From positions 104,718,001-104,782,000 of the forward strand of contig NC_043006.1 of assembly GCF_006345805.1 (NCBI RefSeq): a stretch of 64,000 bases of DNA, given 5' to 3'. Source of the stretch: Octopus sinensis. Taxonomy: Eukaryota. Positions 37,305-50,353 of this stretch are shown piece by piece. Below the pieces are notes generated by a model. The model ran no database searches. It was not told the DNA's origin and worked only from the letters and a program-made list of their open reading frames with translations. The number at the start of each line of letters is the position of its first letter. The first letter of the stretch is position 1. The translations under genes and the position numbers were made by a program.

Positions 37305-37531
37305 TTTATTCTTTTATTCTTTTACACGTTTCAGTCATGTGAATAGGGTCATGCTGGAGCAGCGCTTTAAGACGTTTTAATCAAAGAAATCGACTCCAGG
37401 ACTTATCCTTTGTAAGCCTTGTATTTATTGTATCTGTCTCCTTCACCGAACCGCTAAATTATGGAAGACATAAACACACCAGTAGCGTTTATCAAGCGTT
37501 GGTGGGGGGACAAACACAGACACAAATACAC

Positions 37532-37581
<50 letters not shown>

Positions 37582-38390
37582 TATATATATATAGGAGTAG
37601 CTGTGTGGTAAGAACCTTGCTTCCAACCATATGGTCACCGGTTCAGTCCCTCTGCATGGCACCTTGCGCAAGTGTCTTCTATTATAGGGTCTAGCCGACC
37701 AAAGTTCTATAAGTGGATTTGGTAAACGGAAACTGAAAGAAACCCGTTGTATATGTATATATATATATGCCTGTGTGTGTGTGTGTGTGTGCGTGTGTGT
37801 GTGAGCGTATTTGTGTGTCTGTGCTTGCTCCCACCCCCACCATCGATTGACAATCGATGTTGGTGTGCTTACGTCCTCGTAACTAAGCGGTTCGGCAAAA
37901 GAAAGACCGGTAGAATAAGTATTAAGCTTACGAAGAATATGTCCGAGGATCGATTTGCTGAACTAAATGCGGTGCTCCAGCATAGCCTCAGTCAAATGAC
38001 TCAAGCAAATAAAAGAATAATAAAAAAAGAATATATACGACGGACTTCATTCAGTTTTCCTCTACCATTCACAAGGCTTTAGAGGGCCCGAAGCCATAAT
38101 AAAAGACACTTGACGAAGTTGCCACACAGCGGGACTGAACCCAGAACCAAGTGGTTGGGATAGAAGCGTTTTATCACACAGCTACGCCTGCGCCTTTATA
38201 TATCTTATCTTTTACGTCTTTCAGTTATTTAGACTGGAGCCCCACCTTGAAGAGTTTTAGTCAAGAGCATAGATCCCATAAAGTAAGTTTTTGAAGCCTG
38301 GTACTTATTCTATCGGTGGTATTTGTCCAACAGCTAAGTTACCGAAACGTATACACAACAACATCAGTTGTCAAGCGGTGGTGGGGGATA
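37305..38390. mobile_element. Cluster of SINE family A pieces: tail minus 37305-37515, full copy plus 37592-38030, head minus 38034-38193, tail minus 38205-38390
   Basis: Each piece aligns by eye to the full-length family A copies. Confidence 0.75.
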
Positions 38391-38935
38391 CGCACAAACG
38401 CAGACGCAAACATATGCACCAATAAACACATACACACACGTATGCATAATACATACATACATACATACACATACATACAAGTATGCACACACACACATGC
38501 GTATATATGATAGTTACTCCTGTCGATCTCAACAGAAATGATTTAAAGGAGAAACAGTTAGAAAAATGTGATACAAAGAAAAAACAACTTTAAAAATAAC
38601 AGAAGAGAAGCTGCATCTGTTTACGATTTGTGATGGAAGCATGAATGTAAGTTGATTTTGCTATGAAGTCATGAAGGGGGCACTAATGATTTAGGTTAGG
38701 TCTGGGACTGGACAAGTGTGTCTGTTGATTGCAGGATATAATTCTTTTACTGTCCTGTTTCTGCAACTCAAAGTGTTTTGACACATTTTACGCTATGCAG
38801 ATCGATCTAGGCAATGGCTTTGTATCAAGACAAAAGGTCTGTAACACTGGATGGGTGCAGCTCACATCCTTTACCTTAAAATATTAATGGAAGGAAAGTG
38901 TCAAGACTTCCGATTAACGTCAACAGCATAAATAT

Positions 38936-39072
38936 CAAAAGCCGTTCGATTCACTTCAATATTTGAGTTTAATTTGTCAAAATATTTGTCAGTGAAGAAG
39001 TCGCGGTCTTAAAGCGACGAAAATATTTTGACAAATTAAGCTTAAATGTTGAAGTGAATCGAACGGCTTTTG
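38936..39072. repeat. 52-bp inverted repeat enclosing a hammerhead-like motif (small PLE-type palindrome)
   Basis: Arms 38936-38987 and ~39021-39072 with ~3 mismatches. Confidence 0.8.
38986..39034 (+). ncRNA. Hammerhead-like motif with G at core position 3
   Basis: ttgtca-GTGAAGA-a-gtcgc-ggtcttaaa-gcgac-GAAA-ata-TTT-tgacaa; 6-bp stem I, 5-bp stem II, palindromic AATATT stem III. Confidence 0.6.
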
Positions 39073-39149
39073 TGTGTTTCTTAAATGGCTTACAAGCATA
39101 AATATCTTAGTTCTGGATTCGCAATATATATACATTCTTCTTCAGGGCG

Positions 39150-39440
39150 AATCGGCAGCCTAGGGGCTGGTCGCAGTAGTCAAGTGGAGTGAGCCAAATC
39201 CTGTCCGTTCAAGCATAGCGTAGCAACGTCACGAGGTGCAGCTCCAGAGAGCTGCTAAAACACGTCCGTCCTGTTCTGCTGTCAGCATTCGAGAGGCCGA
39301 GCGAGGGAAATTTTGCTGCTGCTAGTTTTCTGCGCATGCGCATGAGGGAACTTCCGGCAGGCTTCCCGGAAGAATCCAACTATGCGTATGCGTGCTGAAG
39401 ATTTCCAGAATGGCGTCACTACAACTTTCTGAAGATGTTA
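39150..39440. promoter_or_regulatory. Candidate housekeeping-type promoter (NRF1, ETS and YY1-like motifs)
   Basis: GC/CpG-enriched, non-repeat patch; TGCGCATGCGCA at 39331-39342, ACTTCCGG at 39350-39357, CCGGAAG at 39366-39372, AATGGCG at 39409-39415. Confidence 0.5.
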
Positions 39441-40140
39441 AATTAAGCCGTAGATATTTTAGTGATTGCTTCAACTTATCTTTATACCTAAGGATGGGTT
39501 TCCCTTTATCGTGGTGTCACTCTTCTTGTTGATCATACGAAATAATTTTCGGAATGCGGTTATCGTTTATTCGAATACACAGCAGAATGTTTTTGACATT
39601 AGAGATATCGCAACATTTTCTTGATTTCGACACTTGATATCTTATTTTGCTATTCTATGTTGTAGATATTGCGCAGACAGCATATATGAAGAACAGAAAG
39701 CACATATGAAAAGTTTCACGTTTCTTTATATATCTGTGGTAGAGAGCCCATGGTTTTGCCGTATATAAAAGTGTGCTCAAAATACAAAATTGCTATACAC
39801 TTATTTTAGTTTTCAAACTGGCACGTTGTTCAACCCACAAATGATGGGAGAGTTTTCCAAACATTCTAAGATTGATTTCGCAGTGAAGAGTGCTCTTAAA
39901 GTTTACTGTACCTCCACGATATTTCAATGACCTTACCCATTTCAGTGGCTCTTTGTCAATCATCACATTTGAACCTTGAGCATGTTCTGCTTATTTTTGT
40001 TAATCTCCTCATATATTATGGGCTTCAACGGTTCGGGCAATCACCTTAGAGAACGGACTCATGATGACTAATTTCGATCTCAATTTACAGTTCTTTTATT
40101 CATTGAATAAAAAACTTTCAGATTTTAGTGGGCCTGTACA

Positions 40141-40180
<40 letters not shown>

Positions 40181-40576
40181 CATGCCTCAATGCCTATCTG
40201 TACTCACACAATTACTTCTTCTTTATTGGAATACGACATATAATCCCAAAGCAGGCAAACATATTGTATATGGGAAATAATAAACTTTTTGATGACAATC
40301 GTTTGACAGATAAATTGTCACAAGTCTGTCAGGTTTTCATTGTTATGTGAACAAAGTAATTATACCGGCCTTACCCTTCTTAAATACCAAATCGTGCTCT
40401 TTTTCTATCATACTGTAAAACTCCTCTTAGTTTCTCTATTTACTTAGTCATCATGAAAAGCAGCCATCTATACACTACACAGACAGACATACGAAATTTT
40501 GATGCGAGAGATTTGTACGACTAGTTTTTGTTATTTCAAATCCTTCGTAAATAATGCGTAGCGGCAAAGCTAGGGT

Positions 40577-40805
40577 GGCGGCGAGCTGGCAGAAACGTTA
40601 GCACGCCGGGCGAAATGCGTAGCCGTATTTCGTCTGTCGTTACGTTCTGAGCTCAAATTCTGCCGAGGTCGACTTTACCTTTCATCCTTTCGGGGTCGAT
40701 AAATTAAGTACCAGTTACGCATTGGAGTCGATGTAATCCACTAAATCTGTTTGTCCTTGTTTGTCCTCTCTCTCTTTAGCCCCTTGTGGGTAGTAAACAA
40801 ATAGG
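40577..40805 (+). mobile_element. SINE family B, full length
   Basis: ggcggcgagctggcagaaacgttagc...gccccttgtgggtagtaaa. Confidence 0.88.
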
Positions 40806-42710
40806 TTATATTATACTGGAAACATTTAAATATATTGCAGCCCTTGGTGCAAATTAATCCCACAGAAACGGATCGTTGAGCCCTACTTACTCAAGAAATT
40901 CATATTCTATTTTACACATTGAATATATTATCGTTGCTCAGGCTTTCTTAAAATATAATGTAAAATTTAATGTTTCGTATCACTAGATTGCATAATTTTA
41001 TGATGATTTTCCGTTAATTTTTTTACCTGTTAAATCAAGCCATTAGATCTTGATATACTTTGGTGAGTTTTATAATAATTTTCATAAAACCTACCCTCGA
41101 AATGTACTTTACAATGTTTTATCCAGCTAATACTTTTGTGATAAGATATTTAATTTGATTGCTGACTTAACTTGTAAGCTGTGCTATTAATTTTCTATGT
41201 CACGAAAATGGCGGTGTATGATTAGGAGGTAAGGCCAAAATAGAAGCGTTAACTAATGCCATCGTTCCAGTAATTGTTTGATACTTTATATTGTCAACCC
41301 TCCAAAAATGAAAGGCTAATTTGACTCGGTTGGCTCTGAATGCAGAACGTAAAGAGGCGGAATGAATGACTCTTACAACACTGGTACTGTGCATCTAAAC
41401 TGTCCGTCACAATATTGTGGTGGTACTACGACATTGGAGACGGAATATGCAACAAATGGTGACCCATGATCAGGCATTTTCATATTTTATTCATTCGGTT
41501 AACGTTCTTTTACATGACATGATGCTTCTCAGAACATTTTGGAAACGTTTCGACATGGAAAATGCGATTGGGTCGTGGTGTAAGAAACACAACTACGTTC
41601 CATAAAACGATTCTAGAAACAAACTAGATAATGCGAAGAAATAAAACATTATGGGACAGGAGTCATATTTTATTATCATTGAGTTTTTGAAAATTCAATA
41701 TACTGAATAAATGTCTGATGTCTAAGCAGCCACTACATAAGAGGACACTGGACATTTACAGCAGAGTAAATGAATCATAATAGCACACATGTTGAGAATT
41801 CTTTTTTGTTTTTTGTTGTTGTTTTTTTTTTGTTACCAAGATAATTAATTCTGTAATTTATTCTCACTGGTCCTTGGAATCACTTCTTGGTCCCAGTTTA
41901 GCGATTGCAGTGAAATCGATGATAATAAATGATAACAATAATTTGCATATCTCCAGCCAGTATACACAAATGTTTTTATAAAACTTCAAACTTTCTACAA
42001 GAATATTTTATAGATCGACATTAAAAATTAATTGAAAGAAAAAAAATGGTTGTTTAACATAACTGACCCTAGATATTGTCAAGCATTTGTTAATATTAGT
42101 TACAAGAAGACAAATGATAGCAACAAAATTTACAACAGCATTTCTGAAAAGCAGTAGGTGCATTTAGTTTCATTTACTTGGCTCTGAGACCGTAGATACA
42201 CGGGTATTTAACTGGGGATCGTAAGAGAGAATTCCTGAGTGATTTAGACAGAACTGCCATATAATATTCAAGATCTATTACAATTGTTTTTTTCTTTTTC
42301 TTTAAATATTCTGTGAATACTTTATATCTTTTGCCTCTGCAAATATCCCTTAAACCTACAGTTATCTAAAGCCTGTCATACGAGATTTACCTCTACAGCA
42401 TGAACACAAAAACAATAATTGGTACAAATAAAATTTCTTCCGCAACTTTCATTCGTATCATGCCCCATATTAATAGGTTCTCTCCCTCACGCACACGTAC
42501 ATATATTTTTCTAAATGAAGCGACATTTTCACAGAAAATCTTAATATTTTCTTGTGTAAATCCATCTTCAATATAATCAAATCCAATTAAAGAACGGAAC
42601 GTTTAATTTCCAACATTACGACTACAAATAGGCTTTCTGAGGATATAAAGCTGTCCCTATTATACTTTCTTAGTGTTTCAACTCTCGGGATCAGATCTTT
42701 AATTATTCTC

Positions 42711-42794
<84 letters not shown>
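42711..42794. repeat. (TAA)n array, 5' flank of the R4/Dong element
   Basis: Seen directly. Confidence 0.95.
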
Positions 42795-44763
42795 GGATTG
42801 ACTACAAAAAGGCCTTCGACAGTATACCGCATCCATGGATTTTGAGATCGCTGGACATCTTCAAAATTTCCCCTGTGATTTCAAACTTCCTGAAGCACAA
42901 TATGTCGTTGTGGAATACAAATCTCCAATTATACCACTCCAATGGAGTACTTGCCTCAGAAAATATAAACATCAACTGTGGAATTTTTCAAGGTGACTCA
43001 CTTTCACCTTTAATATTCTGCATAGCCCTAATACCCCTTACAAGTGAATTAAACAGAACATGGTAAAGACAATAATGAACTTGAAGGCCTATTGCGCACC
43101 GTGAAAGCATTCAGCGATGACATCGGGATGGGGTTTGGACTTGAGAAGTGTGCCAAGGCCACTTTCCAGAAAGGGAAAGTGAAGACCACAAATTCAGTCG
43201 TGTTAGATGTTGACACAGTCATAAGAAAGCTTGAGCAAGAACAAACATACAAATATTTAGGGATAAATGAAGGCTCTGGTATTCAGCATGCAAGCATGAA
43301 AGAGAAAATCAGGAAGGAATGTTATAGGAGATTTCGTGCAGTCCTGAAATCTGAACTAAATGCACGTAACAAGGTGTTAGCTATAAATTCCTTAGCAGTT
43401 CCAGTTGTTACTTATAGCTACAATGTGTTGAACTGGAATATGAGTGAAGTAAAGAATATAGATAGAAAAATACGCAAGCTGCTGAGTTGTAATAGAATGC
43501 ACCACCCAAAGGCAGACGTAGATCGCCTTTACCTTCCCAGAGCCCAAGGAGGTCGAGGCCTGATCCAATTTGAACTAGCTTACAAAAGAACCACAATTGG
43601 ACTGGCCAAATATCTCGAAATATCGAACGACTGGATGCTAAAGCTCGTGGAAAATCACGAGAGACGAAAGAAGCTTCATTCTATCATAAAGGAAAGCAAA
43701 ATATTTGCTATTGATCTCGTGCAGGATACCCAAACTGAACAACCCGAGGGAAGTACGGCAACTATTGTTGCAAAGAAGGTGAAAATGATGGCAATGAAAA
43801 AAGCGCACGAGCAATTGGCTGATAGGTGGGAGGAGAAACCTCTGCACGGCAAATATGTGACCCGCAGCAAACAAGCTAATGTTGACCAAAAGCAAACCCA
43901 TCAGTGGCTACGGAGCTCAGGGCTAAAAGCAGAGAGCGAAGGTTTCATCCTGGCTGCTCAAGATCAAAGCCTATTAACCCGGAACTACCAGGCCAATGTA
44001 ATGAAAAATGGAGCAGACCCAAAATGCCGATTCTGCAACGACATGATTGAAACAGTGGACCACCTAATCTCTGGATGTAAAGTCTTAGCACTATTGGAGT
44101 ATAAATTAAGACATGACAGAGTTGGCCAATATCTCCACTGGCTAATAAGTCGGCATTACAATATCAAAACTGCCGACAAGTGGTATAATCACCACCCTGA
44201 GTCTGTAACTGAAGGAGAAAATGTAACCATTCTGTGGGACTTTCCAGTACATACAGACCGAACCATCAAGGCCAATAAACTAGATATTGTTGTGAAAGAC
44301 CAACACAATAAAGTTTGCTTATTGATCGACATGAGCATCCCCTCTGATCATAATATCTCAGCGAAAGAGTTTGACAAGCTCAGAAAATATAAAGACCTAC
44401 TCATTGAAATTGAGAAAATGTGGCATCTCAAGGCGGTTACAATACCAGTGATCGTAGGAGCACTAGGAATGATCAAGAAGGGAACCGAAAATTATATGAG
44501 AATGATCCCTGGCTTACCATCCCTGCAAGAAGTGCAAAAGATTGTCTTAACTGGTACATCACACGTATTGAGAAGAGCATTGTCGATGTGAGAACTGTTG
44601 CTGCTCATGTATTTTAATTTAACTTAAAAAAAAAAAAAAAATGAACGAACTACTGAGTTTGGTTTAATGGCCTACCAATGTATACTATGAGTTTCTTTGC
44701 CCTAGGAGTCGGGAAGACACTCGGCAAGAAATGGAAGCAAATTTGAAAGAAGAAAAAAAAAAG
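42795..44763 (+). mobile_element. 5'-truncated R4/Dong-clade non-LTR retrotransposon (RT C-half, CCHC, restriction-like endonuclease) in (TAA)n
   Basis: IDYKKAFDSIPHPWI, GIFQGDSLSPLIF, GMGFGLEKCA, YKYLG, RLYLPRAQGGRGL, CRFC..ETVDHLISGC, RHD, NKLDIVV, IDMSIP, EFDKLRKYKDL; ORF 43092-44591; TAA repeats on both sides, the known Dong target. Confidence 0.9.
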
Positions 44764-44788
44764 TAATAATAATAATAATAATGACAAC

Positions 44789-44919
44789 CCATTCTACTAT
44801 AGGCACAAAGCCCGAAATTTGGTGGGAGGAGGATAATCGATTACATCGACCCGAGTACTTGACTGGTACTTAATTTACTGACTCGAAAAGGATGAAAGGC
44901 ACAGTCCCCTTCGGCGGAA
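44789..44919 (-). mobile_element. SINE family B' fragment
   Basis: Minus-strand centre plus tail gggctttgtgcctatagtagaatgg. Confidence 0.7.
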
Positions 44920-44947
44920 TAATAATAATAATAATTATTATTATTAT

Positions 44948-46005
44948 TTCATTTATTCGCCACTAGGGCCGACAGATAGAGGACGATACAGTAAACATGG
45001 ACAGTGGGGATTTTGTGCAGAAACAACGAGTGCAAAATTAAAAGCATAACGATGATATCCAAGCAGAGAATATAACAATGAAAGTTCCCAATTAGTGGGA
45101 GGTAACCACCTGGATTTGACTCAGAAATACAACCGATAATGAACCACTCGACTCTTCGAGGGCATCTGGGGACTGCACCTCTCTCCCACTTAAATTCACT
45201 AGCCTAGAGGCGCATTATTTGAGTAGGTCCACTCACATGTGTCATTTTCCCTACCTTCACCCACCTTTTAGCAAATGTACCGGGAGGCAGCTCTTCTATC
45301 TCCACACTCATATTCCTTTCCAAATGAAATTTCAAAAAGTTCATGAGTGATTGGCAGAAGATAAAAGTGTCTGTCATCAGTCCTTTCAACCTGGTCCACT
45401 ATACAGCCTCTTTCGCTACTGCAATCAGGCAGGAAAATTGCCTGTCCTTCCGCACCGACGAGAAGCAGCGGATCGATCTTCACTATTGACTCGGCCGGTA
45501 GCCGGATCCGTCCCACACGTGATAACAGCTGTTCAACATAACTCCACAAGTTCATGATGCAAGGACACTGGACGAGGGCGTGCAGAACAGTTTCGTCGCT
45601 CCGCGCTCATCTCGGGCAAGTCCGTCTGACAGCACTTCCGTGCCACAGTTTATCTCGAAGCAGCAGCCACCCCCACCAGTAGGCAAGGGATTTCTGGAAG
45701 TTATCCATCGTCCCCGGCACGAAAGTCCGCCTGAACAAACTGATCAGTTCGATTTCGTAAACGCCTAGCGTTTCTGCGAGTGCGTCATTGCTCCTTCCCT
45801 CCACTAACCCTCTATAGAACTCAAGAGTGGATGTTCCACTGATCGCATTACCCGCCTGGTAGAGGGCAGTGCGTGCTTGGCAACATTCCAGTTGCTAGTC
45901 ACCCTTCCCCGGTCTTTTCTTGACCCAAGACTGCAACTTAATCATGGAGCGACCAAATATGTCACAGCATCAGCGCATGTCTGCGCATCATTAGCCAAGG
46001 CATGC
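44948..46005 (-). mobile_element. Tx1/L1-clade LINE 3' fragment
   Basis: GMPWLMMRRHAL, MDNFQKSLAY, LRDKL, LWSYVEQLLSRVGRI..AESIV are homologous to 55200-56090; ends ccctagtggcgaataaatgaaa. Confidence 0.85.
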
Positions 46006-46013
46006 CCAATAAT

Positions 46014-46057
<44 letters not shown>

Positions 46058-47263
46058 CAACAACAACAACCCAGAAGTTTCTGTGTATAAACGAGGTGTA
46101 ATTTAACGCCAATCCCATGTCTGGTAACGGGTATTGAAGCATAGAATATTAACTGAAGAATGTGAATAAATTTTTGCTTGTATGGCATACATGTAACGAG
46201 AGCTGACACGAAATGCTTGTCTGCTTCTTGACTGAAGGAGAACGCATGAGAATAACGTGTTAGCTCTTACGTCAAGTTCTTTTTTTTTAATGGTAAATTC
46301 TTTGTATTGTTATTTATGAGAGCACAGAAGTAATTAGATGTTACATAGTACATAGATTCTATATAAGTTACTACTTTTATGTAATGCACACAAAAGACTT
46401 CTACCGAGTTCCACAAGTTTCAACAATGAAGGTTAATTCTGAGGATTAAGAAACCTAATTGTGAACTGGTGCATGATCTCTCATGTTAGTTGATAGTAGA
46501 TGGTTTTATTATGTATAGAAGCTTATTGTATTTTATTATTCTATACCATAATAATGAGTAGGCTTTTGTCAATATTGTTCCTCCATGCGCTTTTGTTGAT
46601 ATATGCTTTGGTGATATATGCATTGCTTTGTTTGTTTAGGCGTCTGATGCGACTCACTAATACTGTCTTCTTCATATTTTGACAAAAAGCGAATTCTGTT
46701 TTCAACTTATCAGCTTAGAAGATACAAGAACTAACATCAGTTATGAAAACGGAAAATATTTCTTAGTCCGAAGAGAACGGAATGTGTTTATGATTTATTT
46801 ACGACTCTGCTACACCTGCGAGATCGATACTGTTGATATTGACTTTATATATCTAAAGATCAACGTCTGCTGGTGAAACAAAAATAATATTTAAAAAGAA
46901 AAGGAAAGAAAAACAAAAGTAAGAAACTTAGTACATTGGACGTTCCGGTGATTTGTATTTCGGGAGATGATAGATGGAGTGATAAGAAAAACATAGGAGA
47001 GGTGAAATTCTATACAATCGACTGGAGGGATAAAGACAGATATGAGGTATAGACGTGTAGCTGCCATATTTTGGATACGGCTGTTGTGACGGCGAAAGAA
47101 GCAGCTGTTGTTAAGCAAATGTAGACAGAAGTGTAAACGTACCGCAAGTGGAATTTTTTTTTGCCAGCTAAATATAGTTTCTGTGTTAAAGTGTAGCAGT
47201 AATTTTTTTCTAAGTGTTGAAAGGACCCGACTAAGTAAAAAGTATCTTATATAGGTTTGGCTT

Positions 47264-47418
47264 AGTGGCTGTGGGGTAAGAAGCTTGTTTCCCAACCATA
47301 GGGTTTCAGGCTCAGTCTCACGGCGTGGAAACGTGGGCAAGTATCTCCTACTGTATCTTCGGATAGACCGAATCCTAGTGAGTGGATTTGGTAGACTGAA
47401 ACTGAAAGAAGCCTATCC
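47264..47418 (+). mobile_element. SINE family A head
   Basis: agtggctgtggggtaagaagcttg...cgtgggcaagtatct. Confidence 0.72.
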
Positions 47419-47534
47419 TATATATATACATATATATATATATATATACATACATACATGTATGTATACATACATACATACATACATACTACATACATAC
47501 ATACATACATACATACATACATACATACAGAGTA

Positions 47535-47815
47535 GTGTGAATAAACTCGTCTAAACTACGGAAAAATCAAAATAAGATTGACATCTCATTTTAATAGATA
47601 TATTTACAAAAATTACATAAAAATATATTTAATAAAATCACCATTCGTGTCAACCACGGCCTCCAGACAACTTCGGAATCTCCTGTAACTCTGCTGTACT
47701 GTCTCCTTGTTTAAATTGGTGAATGCTGCCATAATCCTTGCCTTCAGTTCATCTTTTGTGTTACAAGGTGTTTTGTTGGTCTCTCACTCAACCGCGCCCC
47801 TCACAATAATCATGG
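47535..47815 (-). mobile_element. maT-type transposon 3' end (family of 6405-7140)
   Basis: Reverse complement of the KDELKARIMAAFTN..RLEAVV region and of the TIR. Confidence 0.78.
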
Positions 47816-47819
47816 GGGT

Positions 47820-48498
47820 TTAATCATTTTTTAATCGAACTGTAACATGTGATGACAAAATGGATCCAATACAACAACCGCAAACAATCAGCACAATGGT
47901 TGGACAAAGACGAGCCACCAAGAACAGTCCAAAAAGCAAAATTCATCAAAAGAAGCAGACGGTGTGTGTTTGGTGGTCTGGAGCATGTGTGATCCATTAT
48001 GATTTTACTAAACCTGGCTCATCAATCATGGCCGAAGTAAACTGCAGCTAACTGGACCAAACGATGCAGAGACTTACAAAAACAGTCTAGATTAGTCAAC
48101 AGATCCACTCCTACTTTATTGCAAGACAACGCCAGACCACACATCGCAAAAATGACATTGGCGAAATTAGAAAAGTTCGAGTTAGAAGCTCTCCACCATC
48201 TATCATACTCACCTGATCCTGCCACCACTGACTTCCGCTTCTTCCAGAATTTGGATAACTTATTGATAGGAAAAAAATTGAATTCTAACGATGTTGTAAA
48301 ACAGGACTTCCAAGATTTTATTGACCCTAAATTGCCAGGCTATCACAGTTCCGGGTTAGATAAGCTACCAATGAAATGGCAAAAATGTATTGACAATATT
48401 TTATGAATATTTGATGAATAAAACTATTCCTTACATTTATAAAACATTAGTAAACTTTTTTTTTTCTTTTCTACAAATTTCCTATTTGACGACCTAAT
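47820..48498 (+). mobile_element. Mariner 3' half with right TIR
   Basis: TVTCDDK, VCVWWSG, QDNARPH, YSPDPATTDFRFF, KWQKCID; ends cctatttgacgacctaata. Confidence 0.85.
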
Positions 48499-50159
48499 AA
48501 TAGGATTCCACTAGGCCTGTCTTCGCACCGAGTAGAGAGAAGTCAGAAATTAACGATTCCAACATATATTGGTGTATATTGCAAGAAACAGCTAGGATTC
48601 TGTCTCTTACATTTTATATAGTTCAACGTATGCAAGTTAATGTGGGGAAAAAATTGAAAACAGCATCTACAAAGTTAGTTTTGCGATATCAAACGGCTAT
48701 AGGGGTTCACCAGAATAAAATAATAATCAAAGGGATCCATAGATAAAAAACAAAACGGTTGAGAATCTCTGAGCATCAGTCAGAATATATTGCTATATTT
48801 ATACTTGCTCTCTATACTCCGAGTACAAATGCCGCCGTGTGATGTATAGAAGTACTTATTTCAACGTGATGTATATGAATGAAAATATACGAAACGATAT
48901 TAGTTCTTTTGTTGCCTTTTGGTTTGCTGACTGATGTAGATGTCAAGTCACAGTTTAGACCTTATAGGATGGATCTATAATCAGAACTGCTCCACTCTTG
49001 TTTTCGTTGATGTGAGAATAACATGTGATTTGAGTGATATTTGACTGCTATTTCCCTCAGATCGAGCGATGGACAAATTATTGCAGCTGTCTATGTTTGT
49101 TATTGTTTTACTCTAGGACATGTCCAGTAGAGAAAACCCACGATCAACCTTCATCACGCATTTCTTTTTATGTTATACTGTGTGTTTCGGACTTCATTAT
49201 CGAATGCATCATGGTTATAGTTAAAATTGTAAGGTGACATCTGAGCGAGACTTTCTTACTACATTTAACAAATTGATCAAACATGTAGATGTTGTGAATA
49301 CGTACACGTATTAGTTTTCGATGGCTATTGTGAAACTACTAAAACTATTATGGAAATTCTGCAACTCCGTTAGTTGGCGGCGGGTTTGATGTGTCATTCA
49401 GCTTAACACCATCACTTGCCCTTGGTTATTTTTATTGGAAATTACAACCGTTGCAATCATTTAGGACTGGTTTCCACATTGAAATACCTTAACCACACTA
49501 CCATACGTGGAGTCCTTATTGAGGGGGATATACACCTCATTACATTCTGTTTAAAGATGTAGAAAATAAATCAAAGTAAAGAGCTGAATGTGAGAATGAG
49601 ACGCATTTATCAATCAATATCTCAGAAATTGAAACACATAAGTAGGGCAGCATTCAACATTTCATGCGTAAATGTTTAAATGTAAACGTAGCACAAGATA
49701 ATGATTATTAATGGCAAATACACAATAAAGGTTGCGATTCAAAAACGTAGACTAGCACTATTTAAATTTTATAGGATTCTTCAATTTCCTTGTGTAGCAA
49801 TAATTAAGATATTTGTTAAAGTGAAATAGAAATAATGATTCCTTTCATTGAGAGAGGATGTGACTTACAAAGATTTCACAATCACTAATGGAAACATTGA
49901 CTAACGGGCTCTACAAAACACACACACACGCACGCACACACGCACGCACGCACGCACACACACACGCATACACACACATACATACGAATGTGTGTGTGTG
50001 TATGTGTGTGTGTGAGTTTTTTTGTGTTCCATTCATTTGCTACACAATTACACGTGTATTAGTTCACCCGACATAAGACACTCTCTATATATGAGCATAT
50101 TTTTCAATACATTTTTCTTCCTGTCATTAAACTATCACAACTGCAACCTCTTTCTCTTT

Positions 50160-50189
50160 TCCTATCTATCCATCTATCTATCTATCTAA

Positions 50190-50272
<83 letters not shown>

Positions 50273-50276
50273 ACTA

Positions 50277-50353
<77 letters not shown>
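50160..50353. repeat. (TCTA)n/(TCTG)n array, 5' flank of the Tx1 element
   Basis: Seen directly. Confidence 0.95.

Noticed and set aside
43092-44591. 499-aa ORF as a host gene
   Set aside because: It is the RT-thumb, CCHC and RLE part of a truncated R4/Dong retrotransposon.
46679-47340. ORFs 46679-46876 (plus) and 46891-47340 (minus)
   Set aside because: No motif recognised; the longer ORF starts inside a SINE.
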